Source: Octopus sinensis
Taxonomy: Eukaryota
Length of the DNA: 64,000 nucleotides
Reading direction: 5' to 3'
Assembly: GCF_006345805.1 (NCBI RefSeq)
Contig: NC_043005.1
Location: forward strand, 70,928,001 to 70,992,000
Positions 62,917 to 64,000 of the stretch are shown piece after piece. A model generated the notes under the pieces. The model was not told the origin of the DNA. It ran no database searches and was given only the letters and a program-made list of their open reading frames with translations. Both the position numbers and the translations under genes were made by a program. Each line of letters opens with the position of its first letter. Position 1 is the stretch's first letter.

Positions 62917-64000
62917 CTATCTGTTTTCTTTAGGGGACCAAAAACGTAACAGAAACTTAGTCACATGTGGGCATGATCCGAAAAGCTCTGTCCTTGTATT
63001 TAGACATGTAGTAGGGTCTAAGCTGCTTTTCCAGATAAGCCATCTCTCCTTGTCGCATAGACCGCACCTACCGCTGCCGTTGGTGTAGGGCTTACATTTG
63101 GCCAAAATCTTCCAATTGATGTTATAATCGACACCTTTATCTTTTAAAGACCAAATATGATTAGATAATTTTGTCACTTTTCTTTTGTTCCAGTGCCTAA
63201 AACTCAAGGTGTGGTTATTGAACCTGGCCTTGAAATTACCCTCTGTAAGGCCCATGTATTTCTTCGTCGAAACGGTGTCTTTAGTGGTTATAGAGTCCAC
63301 GGTAGCTTCATAGATGATGGTCTTGGACATGCAAGCTCCATTTAGCGGGCACAATTTTTTATTCCTGCATGAACAGCTGTTTTCTTGTTGTGGTTTTTGT
63401 GTGTTATGTGTGATTATATTTTTAAAATTGGTAGTAGAACTAAAACTAATTTTTAAATTGTGTTTATTGAAGAGTTTCCTATAAGTATGGTTAATTGGAA
63501 AATGTCTATCTATCAGTGTTAAGAAATATTTACCTATATTGAAGGTCACTTCAGGTGAGTAAGGGGGTGTAAACCAGATGATCTTCCTATTTCTATTTTT
63601 CCTCTTCTTTACTGTTGGGCTAGTAACAGGTGTATATTTTATTTTTTCGCTAAAACCACTATCTTTGAAAGCCTTATTATAAACTGGGGCAATGCTATTA
63701 AAAATGTCCTTATCAGAGGAGAGGCTAGAAATTCTCTTACTAATATTTTTAACTAAATTTTTGAATACTATAGGGGGATGGCATGAACCTACATTAATAT
63801 AACTAAGTCTATCATTGGGCTTCCTATAAGGCTTATAAATATTCTTATTTAGATCTAAGGAAACGTCTAGGAAATTGACAACCATCAGGTTAGTATCTAC
63901 AGTTATACTAAGTCCAAAGTATTTCATTAATTGGATAATACCCTTCCTAAAACGATCCTGTGCTGGTCCATTTGTATTAGCGGTTAAAGCGAGGGCATCA
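62917..64000 (-). CDS. Penelope-like element RT C-terminus plus GIY-YIG endonuclease (frame runs off the window)
   Basis: The frame stays open upstream of the track start (DALALTANTNG..QLMKYFGL); VNFLDVSLDL, IIWFTPPYS, CPLNGAC, KKYMGLTEGNFKARFNNH, CGLCDKER. Confidence 0.9.
   Translation of the reverse strand, partial: DALALTANTNGPAQDRFRKGIIQLMKYFGLSITVDTNLMVVNFLDVSLDLNKNIYKPYRKPNDRLSYINVGSCHPPIVFKNLVKNISKRISSLSSDKDIFNSIAPVYNKAFKDSGFSEKIKYTPVTSPTVKKRKNRNRKIIWFTPPYSPEVTFNIGKYFLTLIDRHFPINHTYRKLFNKHNLKISFSSTTNFKNIITHNTQKPQQENSCSCRNKKLCPLNGACMSKTIIYEATVDSITTKDTVSTKKYMGLTEGNFKARFNNHTLSFRHWNKRKVTKLSNHIWSLKDKGVDYNINWKILAKCKPYTNGSGRCGLCDKERWLIWKSSLDPTTCLNTRTELFGSCPHVTKFLLRFWSPKENR

Overview
Repeat-dense, AT-rich animal genomic DNA; the SINEs and microsatellites look like those of Octopus, which is a judgement from memory. 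No host gene is supported. The core (9.0-58.5 kb) is a nest of L1/Tx1-clade non-LTR retrotransposons, all on the minus strand: two family-A copies inserted into a Ty3/gypsy pol, then a ~35-kb head-to-tail array of six elements (B1, C1, D1, E1, D2, C2). Four ORF1-only (HAL1-like) units are nested in these, flanked by 16-21 bp direct repeats that look like target-site duplications (TSDs). A tRNA-headed SINE sits inside D1 with a 17-bp TSD. Best candidate system: autonomous elements, ORF1-only elements and the SINE share one ~40-nt 3' tail (sense GTCCCCTCTATGTTYRGCCCCTTGTGGGYARTAAWRAAA), suggesting three tiers mobilised by one ORF2 machinery. Also seen: repeated insertion at an ATTC(A/G)GTT motif in the elements' own 5' ends, a splice-donor-like motif at every ORF1/ORF2 junction, an SPKK repeat expansion in one ORF1, and a hammerhead-like fold downstream of a Penelope ORF. 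Family labels A-E are mine.
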